64,000 nucleotides of DNA from Macrostomum hystrix (lineage: Eukaryota > Animalia > Platyhelminthes), in contig CATNEN010000003.1 of the NCBI GenBank assembly GCA_950097015.1, positions 5,890,001 through 5,954,000 on the forward strand, written 5' to 3'. The notes beneath the pieces were generated by a model that saw only the letters and a list, made by a program, of their open reading frames with translations, was not told the origin of the DNA and searched no databases. A program made the position numbers and the translations under genes. Position 1 is the stretch's first letter; the number at the start of each line of letters is the position of its first letter. Of this stretch, positions 1 to 12,809 are shown one piece after another.

Positions 1-1759
1 GCTAATTCGCATTTCCCTGCCTGTCTGTCCCCCTGTTAGCTCTTGACTCGAGTTAACATCCAGTAAATCTTGAGGCTTATTGCATAATATCATATTTTCC
101 TATTCAATCTGCTGGTTCTAGCTTCCCGACATGCTTGCACTCAGTTTAATGAACTCTGATTCAAACCGCAGGTGTTTGATAGCACAGAAAGACTGTCAGC
201 AACCAGTACACTGTACTCGACTGTGCGTCGGGCTCGTAATTCTCGAGTTCAAGAGTTTTACAATCAGGTAAATAAATAGTTCGTTCAAGCTACAATATAC
301 AAGTGCACACTAAACCATCTGCAAACCTGTCCAACAACGCACAGTGCACATGCACTTTTAAATATTGAGTCGTGACATTATACTCGTCTACTGGCGACTG
401 TATTTTTTTTAGTTTTTTTTAACGATTACATAGCTTGTACTAGTAGTGAATGAGCTTGGCATTAAGTGTTGCCACTTTTGAAATACATCTGTCGCTTAAA
501 TTAACAAAGGCATCTAACAATTTTGCTTTGTGAATTGTAAATGATTAACACTAATTAATCGCACTGAAGCACCATCTTGACAATTAATTACGACCAAATT
601 AGTAAGTTGCATTCCGAATCGAACTGATATGAAAAATACAAATAGGCCATACTGCAAGCTGGGAAATGAGCCACTTTTCTAGGCTTACCAGATTGCTCGA
701 AACGTTTGATTGCTTCACTAATGCTCTAGCTTGTAGGAGCTACTGCCCATTGTCTAAAAAAGTCTTCAGAAGTGGGTGCTGTCCATTACTACCGGGAATT
801 CCAGTCCTATACCTGCCTTCTCACCCGTGTTCCTCAACAGCACTCTCCCCCCCTACTCTAAGTTGGAGAGCGAGACTATCCCAGAAGCAAGATCTGGCTT
901 CTCTGCTTCCATCCGCTCTCTCTCTCTCTTTCTGTTGGAGATGGAACAACTCAATAGACTGGTTAAATATTCATCCGCCAATAGCTACCTCATACCTGTG
1001 GCAATCGTGCGACTCTCTTGGCCTACCTTAGAGAGCCATGGTGTGAGCTGGCCTGCATTGCTTCAGAAGCATATAACCAGCTTTATGCTAAAGCCTAACA
1101 CTAAGGTGGAGCAGTTATGGCAGCAAAATTAGTGAAAAGGCAACATACATCACAACTGACAGTCATTATCTTTCTGTGCATGAGTTCTATTCTGTAAATT
1201 CCCCAACGCTTGAAAAAATGTTTTGTTTAATTTCTATTCCTAAATGTTTTCTTTAGCCAAACAACTCAATTCTGCTCACAATTCCAGATGCACAAACTGT
1301 TGTTGTGCATAAATTGGCATTGTGTTTCTAGTTTTTCTGAGTCCCACACTGAAAAATTCTGAGAGACTTTCATTTTTTTGCTTGTCTAAAATTATTTCAG
1401 TCTTGTGCACATCTAAGCAATTGAATAAGGGATTTTTAGCAAATTATGTACAAATCTTGTGCATACGATCAGATTATACAAGTAGAATTCGCTAACCAAA
1501 AACAATTTTTCTACTAATTTTTTGTTGATATCGATAAAATATTTTACAGCTTTAGCAAATTACCCTCTTTCAGTCGCGAAGTGTGGCCTGCACACCAACC
1601 CTGGTCATTCAGAACCAGGCCCGAGGATCACCGTATACCTATACCACCGCCTCTACTGCACCTTGTCGATCCCGGCGTCACTGTCGTTGCCATGCCAACC
1701 AGCAGCTGCATCTGCTGCCACCGCCACCGTCACCTCTGGAAACTGCCCAACCAGAGCTG

Positions 1760-4643
1760 ATGTTTGAACTGATTCAGCAGCAGCAGGAGGCGCCAGTTTT
1801 TGAAAACCCTGACGGCGATGATGATGAGGCTGTGGGGGGCTGGCAGTTACAAAGGCGCAGCCTTCAGCGTCAGCAACACGGAAATCAGCTTCAAGGTCGG
1901 CTGCAGCAGCGCTGCTGGCAGCATGACAGATCCAGTCTGAGCCAGACCAATCACTTAGCTTTCGGTGGAATGGCATCAAACGAAATGGCAATTGCAGGCA
2001 CAATGCGGGACATGACCGGCGGGCTGGACAGATACCAACCTGACGACGCTTGCCGTCAGCTGCAGCGTAGGCCGGGCCGAGACAGAGTCGCCAACAGCGG
2101 TGTCGGCGGCCGCCGAAGAAGCTGCTGTTGCCCATTGCTAGTCATGAGTCTCTGCCTCTGTGCCGTTTCGGTCGCCCTACTGACCGTTGGCGCAGTTTTT
2201 CTTGGTCTGCACCTGCGCAGTCAAGCTCACTCCGCATTTTTAGCAGCTGCGCCTGGCGACACGGAAGCTATGGCGACGCCCGCTTTCGCTGAAAGCGCTG
2301 GCGCAGATGCGCCTATTTTAGCGCCCTCGACCGCGCCTTATCGAGACACGACAACCACGGCGCTCCTATCGCCAACTTCTGATCCTGTGGAAGTTGAAGT
2401 TGCTCAAATTCAACGTCAAATTGACCGACGACTCAGCGGTTTGGTTGATAATGGAGTGCCTCCATGTGACGATTTCTACACCCACGCTTGCGGACGCTTT
2501 GGCGCGTTCGCCGACGAGACACTCCACTGGACGCTTCAAACTAGACGATGGCGCCAGACAAATCGACCAGCCGACATCATCGAGTTGTCTTCAGCCCAGG
2601 GCGCCGAGCTGCTGCATCGTCGATTATTAGGAGATCAGGACGACCTCGGCTCCGTCCGATACGAGCAGCTGCAATCAGCAGAAGGTCAGCAGCTGGCTGG
2701 AGCGTTTCGGCGCTGCCGGCGTCGCCTCGATATCGTCAGCGGGATCGGAGGTGGCGACGTGTGCGTGTCGGCTCTCCAGGAGGCAGTGCCTGAGTCTGTA
2801 AAGTCGCTACTAAGGTATCGCAGCTTCAATGCGACTGGAGTTCATATGACAGTCGTGCAGATGTTTTATGCGTGAGTTGTTAATAAATCTCGAATATTTT
2901 TTCGTTTGGAGGTGGACTGCGTGCACTGGAACACCATTTCGTGACAACAGGAGACATTTTTTGCCAATTCCAATGACTTTTAAGTACACAGCCACGCAGA
3001 TAGCTTTCAAAGACGCACTCACACAGGGGTACAAATCTGTCCTGGAATTGATTATGAGGCATACAGTGTGCACCGTCGCAGTTCCTTTTGGGTTGGCCCC
3101 TTAATAGTAGAAAAACTAGTAGAAAAACCACGGGTGATATTTTCCAATGCTCACGTTTTTCTATTTTGTGTATCTCCTAAAATATTCAAATAATCGTCAT
3201 GAGTACCCTGAACTCAGGCTAAAAGTTTCCGCTCTATCCAAGGAAACAACTTTCAGAATCACAAAACATCAGCATCGTCGAGATATTCAACAATTTTCGT
3301 CGGGATCCTCGGGATGTCTGTTGGAAAAAACGAAGAAAAAAAATTTTCTAGACATAATTTTTCTGCTAACAAAATTTCCTAATGTATAAATGTTAACTAT
3401 ATTGTTCTTTTGTGATTAATTAAATTATTGAACTAATATGGACTTGCCATAAATGTTTATACCGAGCAATGTTAGTTGACCTTGTCACCAGGGTCTTCGA
3501 CAAGAATCGCTGAAAATCGAAAAGGGCGGAAAATGTTAAACCAGATGGTGGACTTTCACGAAAAATCGGTCATTCGGTTTGGGAGCTACAGTGAATAGGC
3601 AGTAGATATTTGAAATAGCCCAATGCTCTCTCCCGAGGTGAAAATAGCGCGGTGTTTATACTGTTAAGGGCGTAAATTCTGCAAAAACAATCCAAGAGTT
3701 AAATTAATAATGTCTCTGTGCGGATTCGAGCTCAGGGACCATTTTGCAAGAGTCAGAGGATTTATCGCTCGGCTACTTACCGCACCAACTTTCTTATGTT
3801 GTTATTCATATTTTTTTTTCTTTCCATAGAGCACGGAACGAGTTGCAAAGAAGAGTGCGTGAGACGCACAACATCAGCTCTCACACGAGACTCTCGATGA
3901 CGCGACGACTTGGCCGCATCAACCCGAGGATTGACTCGTCGGGCAATGCTGACCTCAGCGTACTGCGGCACGAGTTCAAGAATCCCAGAGAGCTAAGCAG
4001 TCGCCTTGAGCAGCTGTACCTGCAAATGTCCGACCGCATTGAGCCGCCCTGCCAGCCAGAACCGTGCGCGTCGCCGCGTCGCTCTTTCGTCGCTTGCGTG
4101 TGTCTCACAAACACCAGCGACGTCTGGCTGCCATTCAGCTCAATCAATCCGCCCCTGTTCCACTTGGCCTACTCAGAAGAAATTATATACTCATACCTTG
4201 GTGCTTCCATAGCAGAAGTTCTATACTCAAGCATATCTCCCAAGCATCGAACTGAACTATTTTCGTCAACAAGCGAGCATTTGCTTGCTAAATCCTTTGA
4301 ATGCTTTGCTAAGCAGCTGCCGGGTGATAAGCCGAACACGGTTCTAATCGAAGCGCTGGTTGCTAAGCACGTCTCGTTATCAATCACGTTGGAAATGTTC
4401 CGCAGAAGAATTGGTTTGAGTAGCTTTGCCAGCGGCGGAGTCGAAACCGATGGGCGAATGCGACGGTTCTTCCTGAACTGGGCGCAGACCCAGTGCTCAG
4501 TCGATGCCAAGCGCTCACCTGACAGTCGCCTGCTGCTCAACGCTGTACTCCAACGTCAACCGGACTTCGGTAGGGTCTACAGCTGCCCAGCTAGCTCAAG
4601 GTTTCACTGGTCCCGAACACCCGTGCCCTGCCACTACCCGTAA
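1760..4643 (+). CDS. M13 family (neprilysin/ECE-like) type II membrane protein, 2 coding exons (1760-2871, 3830-4643; ~641 aa), catalytic motifs absent
   Basis: TM helix LLVMSLCLCAVSVALLTVGAVFLGL; M13 N-terminal motif VPPCDDFYTHACG; C-terminal motifs FFLNWAQTQC and PDFGRVYSCP. A phase-2 GT..AG intron 2872-3829 joins the two ORFs in frame. First in-frame ATG is at 1760; an upstream exon is possible. Confidence 0.8.
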
Positions 4644-5304
4644 ACAGCCGGCTACTAGTACTAGTACTTGAACTAAATCTAAACCTACTGTAAGCAGTAA
4701 CACGTGAATGAATGAAACAATCGGCATCTAGAAGCGCTTCCTTAGTTAGTTCCAAAGTGTAATTAACATAGTTGTAATAGTTGTAGTATAATTTAGTGTT
4801 GCGTCAGATGACAACTTTCGACCAGATATGTGTCATTGCTACTTATTATTTCCCTGATGCTTGTTTTGCAATAAATTAATAAGTACAAACTTGACCCTAG
4901 CTTGCATGTCAACCCCCGGTTGACTTGCAAGCTGGGAGTGCATTCCTGTTTTTGACAATCATTGGCATGCAAAAAATGATTTTAATTTGCATATTTCGAT
5001 TTCAAGCTTCAGATACTACCTTGCAGTTTTAGCGGCAATGAGAAAAACTAGTGAAAAGTTACGGGTGGAGGATTAGAAGCATAATTGGGGACAATGGTCA
5101 TTAGCAGTGATTTAGCCATTAGCCAAATGGAAATGAATTGTAAATCACTCTATGACTGCTCTGCTTAAGCTTTACCATTTGTTTTCAACTTTCACTAAAA
5201 GCTATTAAGCGAACCTTTTTAGCTGAGAAACTTATCAATGTGTGGCCTAACTGAAAGTGTTTTAGAGGTGAAAGAACGTAGAAGATAGAGCTAGATAGCG
5301 CTGG

Positions 5305-6461
5305 ATCTAGACAGGATCTACCTGTTAGACAGACAGGATCTACCCGTTAGACAGGATCTACCTGTTAGACAGGATTTACCTGTTAGACAGACAGGATCTA
5401 CCTGTTAGACAGACAGGATCTACCTGTTAGACAGACAGGATCTACCTGTTAGACAGGATCTACCTGTTAGACAGGATCTATGTTAGACAGGATCTACCTG
5501 TTAAGACAGGATCTACCTGTTAAGACAGGATCTACCTGTTAGACAGACAGGATCTACCTGTTAGACAGACAGGATATACCTGTTAGACAGGATATACCTG
5601 TTAGACAGGATCTACCTGTTAGACAGGATCTACCTGTTAGACAGGATCTACCTGTTAGACAGGATCTACCTGTTAGACAGGATCTACCTGTTAGACAGGA
5701 TCTACCTGTTAGACAGGATCTACCTGTTAGACAGGATCTACCTGTTAGACAGGATCTACCTGTTAGACAGGATCTACCTGTTAGACGGGATATACCTGTT
5801 AGACAGGATCTACCTATTAGACAGGATCTGTTAGACAGGATCTATTAGACAGGATCTACCTGTTAGACGGGATATACCTGTTAGACAGGATCTACCTATT
5901 AGACAGGATCTGTTAGACAGGATCTACCTATTAGACAGGATCTGATAGACAGGATCTGTTAGACAGGATCTAACTATTAGACAGGATCTACCTGTTAGAC
6001 AGGATCTACCTGTTAGACGGGATATACCTGTTATACAGGATCTACCTATTAGACAGGATCTATTAGACAGGATCTATTAGACAGGATCTGTTAGACAGGA
6101 TCTATTAGACAGGATCTATTAGACAGGATCTGTTAGACAGGATCTATTAGACAGGATCTATTAGACAGGATCTGTTAGACAGGATCTGTTAGACAGGATC
6201 TGTTAGACAGGATCTATTAGACAGGATCTATTAGACAGGATCTACCTGTTAGACAGGATCTATTAGACAGGATCTACCTGTTAGACAGGATCTATTAGAC
6301 AGGATCTATTAGACAGGATCTGTTAGACAGGATCTGTTAGACAGGATCTATTAGACAGGATCTACCTGTTAGACAGGATCTATTAGACAGGATCTACCTG
6401 TTAGACAGGATCTATGTTAGACAGGATCTACCTGTTAAGACAGGATCTACATGTTAGACAG
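5305..6461. repeat. Minisatellite, 18-bp unit GGATCTACCTGTTAGACA with 14-bp and 22-bp variants
   Basis: Directly visible tandem array of ~1.15 kb; each unit contains the hairpin CCTGT-TAG-ACAGG. Confidence 0.95.
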
Positions 6462-6889
6462 CATCATTTTAGTCAAAAATAATTTCTTGAAAAGCAATTT
6501 TTTAGAAAGAAAATAAATAACAAAGTTTATGAGTAATTGGAAGCCCCACAAATAGATGGATGCTTATAGTCTTCAAATAGTTAGCATATAATTGAATGAT
6601 TCGCGGCGAATTAGTTTTTTAAGGCGCCAACAAGGGCTGATGAGGGGGCTGTCGCACACGCGATGGACCTTGGAACTCATTTATTCAGTAAAGTTAATGG
6701 TTTGAATAGCTAGGAACTGATGAAACTGAATTGTTTGTGGATAGTTGGTCAGACACACTGGCAGACAGAGAGGCGGTGCAGCTGTAGCTGCTAGTAATTC
6801 TCAAAGCTGACAGCCAACAGCATGGCTGACTGCATTGTAGACTAACATAGGTTTTACAGTACTCTGTGCCTTATACCGCCACGGAATTC

Positions 6890-7990
6890 TCACGACTCAC
6901 AACTTGAAGGTCGGTGGTTCGATTCACAACTCCACTCGAACAATTTGTGTCTATTTAGCACAGGGGTAGGCAAACTTATTTGCTGGCGGGCCAAAGAGAG
7001 AACCTAAGAGACGACAGCGGGCCGCATTGACTGTATAAATATGAGATAGGGGAGAGATGAGACACAGGAGAGATTAGACACGGGAGAGATGAGACACAGA
7101 AAGATTATACACGAGAGAGATGAGACACGGGAGAGATGAGACACGGGAGAGATTAGACACGGAAGAGATAAGACACGAGAGCGATGAGACACGGAGAGAT
7201 GAGACACAGGAGAGATGAGACACGGGAGAGATGAGACACGGGAGAGATGAGACACGGGAGAGATTAGACACGGGAGAGATAAGACACGAGAGCGATGAGA
7301 CACGGGAGAGATTAGACACGGGAGAGATGAGACACAGGAGAGATGAGACACGGGAGAGATGAGACACGGGAGAGATGAGACACGGGAGAGATTAGACACG
7401 GGAGAGATAAGACACGAGAGCGATGAGACACGGGAGAGATTAGACACGGGAGAGATGAGACACGGGAGAGATGAGACACGGGAGAGATGAGACACAGGAG
7501 AGATGAGACACGGGAGAGATGAGACACGGGAGAGATGAGACACGGGAGAGATGAGACACGGGAGAGATGAGACACAGGAGAGATGAGACACGGGAGAGAT
7601 TAGACACGGGAGAGATAAGACACGAGAGCGATGAGACACGGGAGAGATTAGACACGGGAGAGATTAGACACGGGAGAGATTAGACACGGGAGAGATAAGA
7701 CACGAGAGCGATGAGACACGGGAGAGATTAGACACGGGAGAGATGAGACACGAGAGAGATGAAACAGGACACTGTAGATGTCAGAAGGGGCAACGGGCCG
7801 GATTTGGGAGCTTCGAGGGCCGCATCTGGCCCGCGGGCCGGAGTTTGCCGACCCCTGATTTAGCAAGACACTTCAATCTGCATTACTTTAGTTTAGCCAG
7901 CCTTTTAATGGGTACAAGCATTAGTTGGGGTAGTTGTGCGTGGGTGTGGCGCCGCCCCTGTCCATGGACTGAATAGCCGTACACAGTCTT
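6890..7990 (+). mobile_element. tRNA-derived SINE family A copy, split by a hAT MITE
   Basis: 6890-6960 and 7866-7990 are colinear with the intact copy at 34401-34642 (B-box ggttcgattc; 3' gtccatggactgaa). Confidence 0.8.
6961..7857 (-). mobile_element. Non-autonomous hAT (Charlie-like) MITE with internal minisatellite
   Basis: TIRs CAGGGGTAGGCAAACT / AGTTTGCCGACCCCTG; 8-bp TSD ATTTAGCA at 6953-6960 and 7858-7865; internal 16-bp GAGACACGGGAGAGAT array at ~7045-7765; opposite orientation to the copy at 57145. Confidence 0.92.
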
Positions 7991-9107
7991 AGTAGCGCTG
8001 CGTGCAAATCTGACCTAATTAGGGACACGTGTAATCAGTTATAATAATGGCATCATGTGTATATGCTAGGCATAGAAATGTCGAAAGCTTTACCATTTTT
8101 TGCTGCATAGCCAAGCCTTGGCAAACAATGGCATGCGATCTATTGCTGTGTCCGCTCCGAAGGCAGTTTTAAGCCAGCACTTAAAAAACGGGATCCATTA
8201 GGACGATTTTCAAGGCTTGACTTCGGACAATCGGGGCCATAGCAGGGAGAAACGAAAAATGGGCACCTTTTATTTGCTCTGCTCGTTTCTGAGCTGGAAA
8301 AACTGAAAGTGGGATTCTTCGCAGTGAGAAGGCCATTTCGGATTGATCTCGAAGGAGCTCAAGAACAGTGAGCTGTCTTTCAGGAAGTAGAATGGTCCAT
8401 TTGTGTCGCAGTTAAAGGACAAGAGAAAGACACAAGGCAAACAACTATTTTTAACTCACTGGCAGTTCGACTCAGGATTTGCCCCAAAAAACGTGCAATT
8501 TCATCGATAAGCGTTGATCGCTACTGACAGTACGATACAGATGTTATATGAAAACTTTCCGAAAAAAATGAAAACAGCAATGGCTATGAATCAAGCATAG
8601 CCAACTCTAATATATTTTCGGGAGTTCAAAAATCAATCGATAATTAATATTGGATACAATTTTAGATTCTCGCGTGCATTTCTCAGGTTGATGCGAAATA
8701 TTTTCAGGAGGCATTGAGATAGGAGACACTAGTGATTAGTGGCGCATCTGAAGGTACAGCTGTTCAGTCCATGGACCATATGAATCACATACTAACATAT
8801 AAACACTCCAATGGTCACAATGTTCTCACAATGGTCTCACAATGGTCTCACTAAAGCTCACTAAAGTCGCCCTGTTTTTTTATTTGTCCACGAATCGACA
8901 GTCTCGCGACTCACTTACTACGACAGAGTAGTTAGAATCGACATTGGAATAGAAAATTATTGATTACTAATATTACTAATATTACCAATATTAACGATTT
9001 ATTAAAAATTTAGAAAAACTAATTCGACAAGCCGTGATAATCATACTGAGAAACTGCTCTGTTATCGATAAATTCTTTAAAGAATCTTTAATATTGTATC
9101 CAGAATT

Positions 9108-11100
9108 TCATCGCATCCGTCGACACCTGGATCTCTCGGCCTCGTTACACAGTCTTGAATTTATCGGCTTCTCGTGCCAGCTGCAGTCCAAGTCGTTTGC
9201 GCGGACCTTGCTGTGACCAACGCGCCTCAGGCACACCACAATGCGCCTGGCATTGTAGTTTGAGCAGTTACACTGAAATTGAAACAGGCATATAGCTTTG
9301 CATAAATCCAACTCACTCGTACCCTGCATGCAAACCTAGTTAAACTCCTCAATACCTTGAAGGTTCTCTCAGCAGTCCAACGAGCGCATGATCTTTTGAC
9401 CTCAGGGCGGGCCGTGTTATCGCACATGGACCGGTGCATGATGAGGTAAACGCCATTCTGCAGTCGGGTTGCGCAAAGCGCGTCTCGTTTTTGGAAGAGA
9501 GAGTTGGAGATACTGCATTGGGTCCAGTTGCCAAGTATCCATTCACTGGGGAACGAACACACGGCATCAAAGTCGCAAGGAGCCGCGATAAACTCTCGCG
9601 GGTTCACCTCGTAAATTGTCTTGCACAGGGACAAGCTGACAGTGCGATTCCAGTTGTCCTGGCAGGTCAGGAGAGGCGTTTCAAAGGCGATTCGACGCTC
9701 TTTCAGACAGCGGCACTGAAAATTGTTACCAGTTACCAATTAACAGTAAAAAAGTAAATAAACTAATTAGTACCAATCTACTCCAGTGCTAATCTACTCC
9801 AGTACCAATAAATTCGAGTACCAATCTAGCCCAGTACCAATATATTCCAGTACCAATCTACCCCCAGTACCAATATTTCAGTACCAATCTACCCCCAGTG
9901 CCAATATATTCCAGTACCAATCTACCCCCAGTACCAATATTTCAGTACCAATCTACTCCAGAAACAATATATTACAGTACCACTTTACTACAGTACTAAT
10001 CTACTCCAGTACGAATCTACTCCAGTACGAATCTACTCCAGTACCAATAGATTCCAGTACCAATCTACTCCAGAACCAATATATTACAGTACCACTTTAC
10101 TCCAGTACCAATCTACCCCAGTACCAATCTACTCCAGTACCAATCTACTCTAGTACCAATCTACTCCAGTACCAATCTACTCCAGTACCAATCTACTCCA
10201 GTAACAATCTACTCCAGAACCAACACATTCTAGTACCAATCTGCTCCAGTACAAATATATTATAGTACCAATCTACTCCAGTAACAATCTACTCCAGAAT
10301 TAATATACTCCAGTACCAATCTACTCCAGTATCAATCTACTCCAGAACCATTGCATAATTGTAAGGTGTCTTACACCGGTGAGTTGTCCTCTAAGCAATC
10401 TTATCTGGCTACAAGGAGGACCACAGCCAAAGACGCTCGTGGCCTTAGGTCGCTCGGCTTTGCGTGAATGACACACCGTTTCAGGAACTTTGAAAACTCC
10501 AGTTAGCAGTCTAAAAATGAATAGATAAAAATGAATAACACCATTAGCAGTATAAGCAACAATAGAAGTTGCACTGCAGTTTCATCAATTTCATCAAGTT
10601 CACTAACTTCACGTAGGAGCCAACTGTCAGATTGATTGGCATCTTGTGAACGCATTCGTATTTTAACTCCTTATAACTCCTAATGCCGCAGCCGAAACAC
10701 TGAAAATTTTGTAAATAAATAACTGTTCTAGAATGAATGCCAATCACGCTTTGCGGATATTTTATGCATTCCAATAGTCGATTCTCACCGTTCCGAAATC
10801 TGCCGGCATCCACAAGAATTCGGATTTCTCCGTTGATGGAGGCTACAAGAATTTTGCTATCAATTAGTTTGCTGACGATAGTAAAACAAGAACTTTGTAA
10901 CTCAGTTGCTACACTTCTGACTACACTTCTACACTTCTGAGCAAGACACTTGATTCCACAGTGCTTTGGCATCACCAGCAATAGCTTAGGTGACAATTTG
11001 GGTGGATGTGACGGCTGCCAATCTAGGGACTGAACAGTTGTACAGCCTTTGGGAGCGCAGCAACAATAACTGTTGCTGTGCCAGTGTCTGTACAGTTTCT
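9108..11100 (-). CDS. Cys-rich protein with ADAMTS/papilin-type thrombospondin type-1 repeats, multi-exon, 5' end unresolved (may extend to ~11950)
   Basis: WILGNWTQCSIS..QKRDALC..MCDNTARPEVKRSC is an ADAMTS-type TSP1 repeat. Exons 9317-9715 and 9108-9272 are joined in frame by a 44-nt intron (9273-9316, gtgagt..tttcag). A further exon at ~10375-10510 reads VPETVCHSRKAERPKATSVFGCGPPC. Confidence 0.55.
9770..10350. repeat. Intronic minisatellite, 16-bp unit CCAGTACCAATCTACT
   Basis: Directly visible degenerate tandem array. Confidence 0.93.
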
Positions 11101-11198
11101 AGTCAGTATAACCTAATAAGCAATAGTGATAATTATAATATTAAAAAATGATTACACCTGCCTCATTCGACCAGATTTGCAGCCGACAGCACAGCCGC

Positions 11199-11438
11199 AG
11201 CTATAGCGCGGCGCATCTGAAGGCTGCGTACGGCTGTTCAGTCCATGGACTGGCGCGACGCCACACCCAACCTCAATTATCCCAGCTGATGCTGGTACCC
11301 ATATAAAATCCGGATGAAATGAAGCAATGCAGAGTTAATTTGCTTGCTAAAGGACACAAATTGTTACAGTGGAGTCAGGAGACGAACCCCAGACCTTCAA
11401 GTCGTGAGTCCGACGCTCTAACCACTAGGCTACAACCT
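11199..11438 (-). mobile_element. tRNA-derived SINE family A, full length
   Basis: Reverse complement matches 34401-34642, including the A-box TAGCCTAGTGG and a B-box. Confidence 0.88.
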
Positions 11439-12404
11439 CCTAATTGATAATAAGGCAAGATCTTCTAACGAAATTGAAATGATTCAATGAGTTTACGCAC
11501 CGAATATTCTACAGCGTTCGCTCTGGAGTTCTCAACTTCCTTCCAGTTGTACTCAAACGTATTGATGGATTCAAAAGATGTGGAGGCGCAACGGTATACA
11601 GACAACTGCAGAGTTCAGTTTAATAATGTTTGAATAGTTTTAACAGGTTATCCGATTGAGCAAAAAATCAAATTTTATGTTTAAAAAAACTCACCATAAC
11701 TATCAGTACTCTGGGCACACAGCCCAACTTAATCTTTATAGACATCATCGGACTAAGAATTGACTCTAAATTTCTGAGGTAGAAAGTTAAGCCTGACCTG
11801 TTCGTCGCTCTTGGCCGATCTAAACTTTGGCTCTGAACCAGTTCAAAGAAAAGCGCATTTAAATGGCTCTCTGTTTAATGTAACATTGGAAGCGATGGCC
11901 AAGATAATAATTGCAGCACAATCAGGTTCATTGGTGGCGATTGCTGCTTGCAAGTAACTTGTATTATAAACAAAATATAGAAGGATTGCAGTGTATGTAC
12001 GTCCACACTGTATAAAGTAATGTTAAATGTTTGCCTTGTTTGTCAGACGGCTTGTAAGCCTGACCATCAGCATTTAGCCGTCAGTAGATAAAATGTTTGG
12101 ATTAGAGCCAAACTTAACCAAACATCATTGTGCCATGACTACGCGGCTATCGGCGGGGGGTGTCGCTTAGATTTGACAAGAGTGGCGCGACAAGTTACAA
12201 GTTGATTAGTGACAAGCTACAAGTGTGCCAGATTTTTGTTGCTGACGCACGCTTGTAGATTTAATTGACAGGTTACAAGTAGATGGGCAATCAGCTATAG
12301 TCTATGGTCGAGCATATTCCAAATAAGTGACAAATTGACTGCATGATTTTATCTCCGCGCTAAGGTCTTCTTTGTTGTCCAACTATGCATTTCTTTAGAT
12401 AAGC

Positions 12405-12809
12405 ATGCCATTAACGAACGAAAACAAGCGACTGTTTTTATCTCTAGTTCGAGATCACAAAAGCGTTGTGTTTGGAGAATTTAGCTCCATTGTTACTAAG
12501 GAAAAGAGAATTGCTTGCTGGAAGAAAATCATCTCGGCGTGCAAAGACGATTATGGTTTTGATCCGTGTCCTGGAAAAGACTTCGCCTAGATTCGAGATG
12601 TTCTCTGGCCCAATTTGAAGCGGCACACCTTGGAAAAGGTGGACGCCTTGCACAAGACAGGTGCCGCTGGAGGGGCTGAGACTAAATTGACTGATATACA
12701 AGAACTCGTTCTGGAAATCATCGACACGAAGTCTGGTCTGGTAGCTGGCCTTCATACGTTCCAGAGACGTATGAAGCCAGCAGTCTCCCACCGCAACGAA
12801 AGCAAGTAG
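12405..12809 (+). pseudogene. Myb/SANT-like DNA-binding protein (Harbinger/PIF ORF2-type) with one in-frame stop
   Basis: ORFs 12405-12590 and 12615-12809 share a frame and are separated only by TAG at 12588-12590. NKRLFLSLVRDHKSVVFG..KRIACWKKI..IRDVLWPNLKRHTLEK..KTGAAGG fits the Myb_DNA-bind_5/MADF-like pattern. Confidence 0.7.

Noticed and set aside
666-1132. ORFs at the window start, possibly a decayed RTE-type LINE 3' end
   Set aside because: Only faint resemblance across frames and no diagnostic motif I can defend.
5305-6461. CRISPR-like array of palindromic repeats
   Set aside because: Units are head-to-tail with no unique spacers, there are no cas genes, and the context is eukaryotic.
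7004-7866. Repetitive ORFs (also 9786-10265, 13082-13912, 49340-49905, 57130-58156)
   Set aside because: They are translations of stop-free minisatellites, mostly open in several frames at once.
9324-9355. 32-nt intron in the TSP1 gene
   Set aside because: The alternative 44-nt intron 9273-9316 has better splice signals and also gives an in-frame join.
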